Origin: Eledone cirrhosa
Taxonomy: Eukaryota
NCBI GenBank assembly: GCA_964016885.1
Contig: OZ024742.1
Coordinates: forward strand, 175,026,001-175,090,000
Length of the DNA: 64,000 nt
Direction: 5' to 3'
A model generated the notes under the pieces. It was given only the letters and a program-made list of their open reading frames with translations, was not told where the DNA came from and searched no databases. Of this stretch, positions 62,688-64,000 are shown piece after piece (the first letter of the stretch is position 1; every line of letters starts with the position of its first letter). The translations under genes and the position numbers were made by a program.

Positions 62688-63519
62688 ATTATTTAAAAGA
62701 CATATTGCATACATGATATACGTAAAATTAACCAAAAATAATTGATTTTTAAAAACTAGCACTTTGGAGTAATTATCCCCTTCAAAATCATAGACCCATG
62801 CCAAATAGATAAACTAGCATGCTGGTCTGTTCTAACGTGCTTAAGACCGTACATTCTGAAATTGTTACTTAGTATTATGTAATTCTGCCTTATTTTCGGC
62901 TAGTTTTCTATTCTCCCAGTAAAACCTCAAGTTGGAATATTTACAGTAGTATTACTATTCCTGATTTATTATATTTTCTTCTTTTCTATCTTTCTTTGTT
63001 TCTTCTTTCCTTCCTTTTGTCTCCCTTTTCTTCCTTGTCCAATTTCTAATCAATCCAATTTACAACAACAGTCTTCTCTTACTTTTGAAATTATGGTTTA
63101 GACAGAAGCAGTAATAAATAATTTGTCAAGTCAATAACTCAATGCTAACACAATGAATTATGAAATGAATGTCTTTGAAAATATTCTGAAGTGTTTCATA
63201 GTTCAGCATATCATTTGCTATTTTTCGTAACACTACAATGTAATCTATAGTAGAAGTTAAAGGTATTACAGTGGCAACATAGTTGAAATAATTATTTCAT
63301 GTAAATGACAATTTTCAAAAGTTACAGCTGAAGTGATGCCATTTCAAAACCAATATTGCTGTGAGTATCCAGTTTAGAATGAATACATATCAATGTGTAT
63401 TGTAAGAGAAAACTAAAAGGGTTGGTGCTAGGAAAGGCATCTGGCTGTAAAATATTGCTTCAATTAGAATGCTTTCTTTCATGGAGCCTGCAAGGTTAAC
63501 CTCTGCTTTTGCATTAGTC

Positions 63520-63785
63520 TATCCTTTATCCCACTGCTTGTTTACCCATAGTTTACACTTATCGCACCATATGGAGTGTCTACCTACTGATTTTCTGCAT
63601 CTTCAGTGCAACCATTTCAATGAAGGCAGCATATTCCTAAGGTCTTCCCTACTTACTAAGACTACTCTGAGGATATTTGATTCAAGATTTAGTTTCCATA
63701 TCTGGAAATTCCTCTCTAAATCATCCACAGATTTAGCTATATGTACTAGGATATCAGCACATAGGAATTCCTATGGGAAGCTGAT
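63520..63785 (-). mobile_element. Decayed RTE RT/PHD fragment
   Basis: FLCADIL.HIAKSVDDLERNFQIWK..CRKSVGRHSIWCDKCKLWV. Confidence 0.7.
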
Positions 63786-64000
63786 CTAAATGACAACCAC
63801 ACCCAATATAAGTTACACTGGGAGATCCTAGCTAGGGCTAGATCGTATAACGGAAATAAAAGACCATGTGACATCTGCGCCGCTGAGGCCCTGGAAATAC
63901 TCTACGCCACAGACCACATCTTAAACAAAAAATCTGAGGCAATTTCGGCTTGTAAACATAAATTGCACAAAACTTTCCTCTGCTACAGCCCCACGTTATA
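63786..64000 (+). mobile_element. Penelope-like element, C-terminal part of the GIY-YIG endonuclease region; open frame running off the window
   Basis: LNDNHTQYKLHWEILARARSYNGNKRPCDICAAEALEILYATDHILNKKSEAISACKH matches the W.I...A..Y....C.LC..E...I....LNK.SE....C.H pattern of invertebrate PLE endonucleases. Not in the ORF track. Confidence 0.75.

Overview
This is AT-rich eukaryotic, intergenic or intronic DNA made almost entirely of transposons and microsatellites. I find no convincing host protein-coding gene, rRNA, tRNA gene or CRISPR array. The repeat mix (tRNA-derived SINEs, RTE LINEs with (GAT)n tails, Tx1, R4/Dong, Penelope-like pieces, Helitrons, piggyBac MITEs) looks like a coleoid cephalopod, probably Octopus; that assignment is an inference. 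The largest element is a full-length Tx1-clade LINE (2447-8192, minus) with a 15-bp target-site duplication (TSD) and an intact 1153-codon ORF2. Five signals are not explained by the ORF track. (1) Type I hammerhead ribozymes sit in short (TA)n-anchored elements, two of which repeat with 316-bp and 318-bp periods, like retrozymes or Penelope pseudo-LTRs. (2) Several perfect fold-back palindromes occur, the longest with 157-bp arms. (3) One site in a non-autonomous Helitron is hit repeatedly by one SINE family, including an apparent aborted insertion. (4) A 1.5-kb CpG-rich array carries about 55 NRF1/Erect-wing-type TGCGCATGCGC motifs. (5) A decayed ~1.7-kb reading frame of unknown origin lies at 8770-10480. 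All alignments and folds were done by eye, so coordinates of decayed repeats are approximate.
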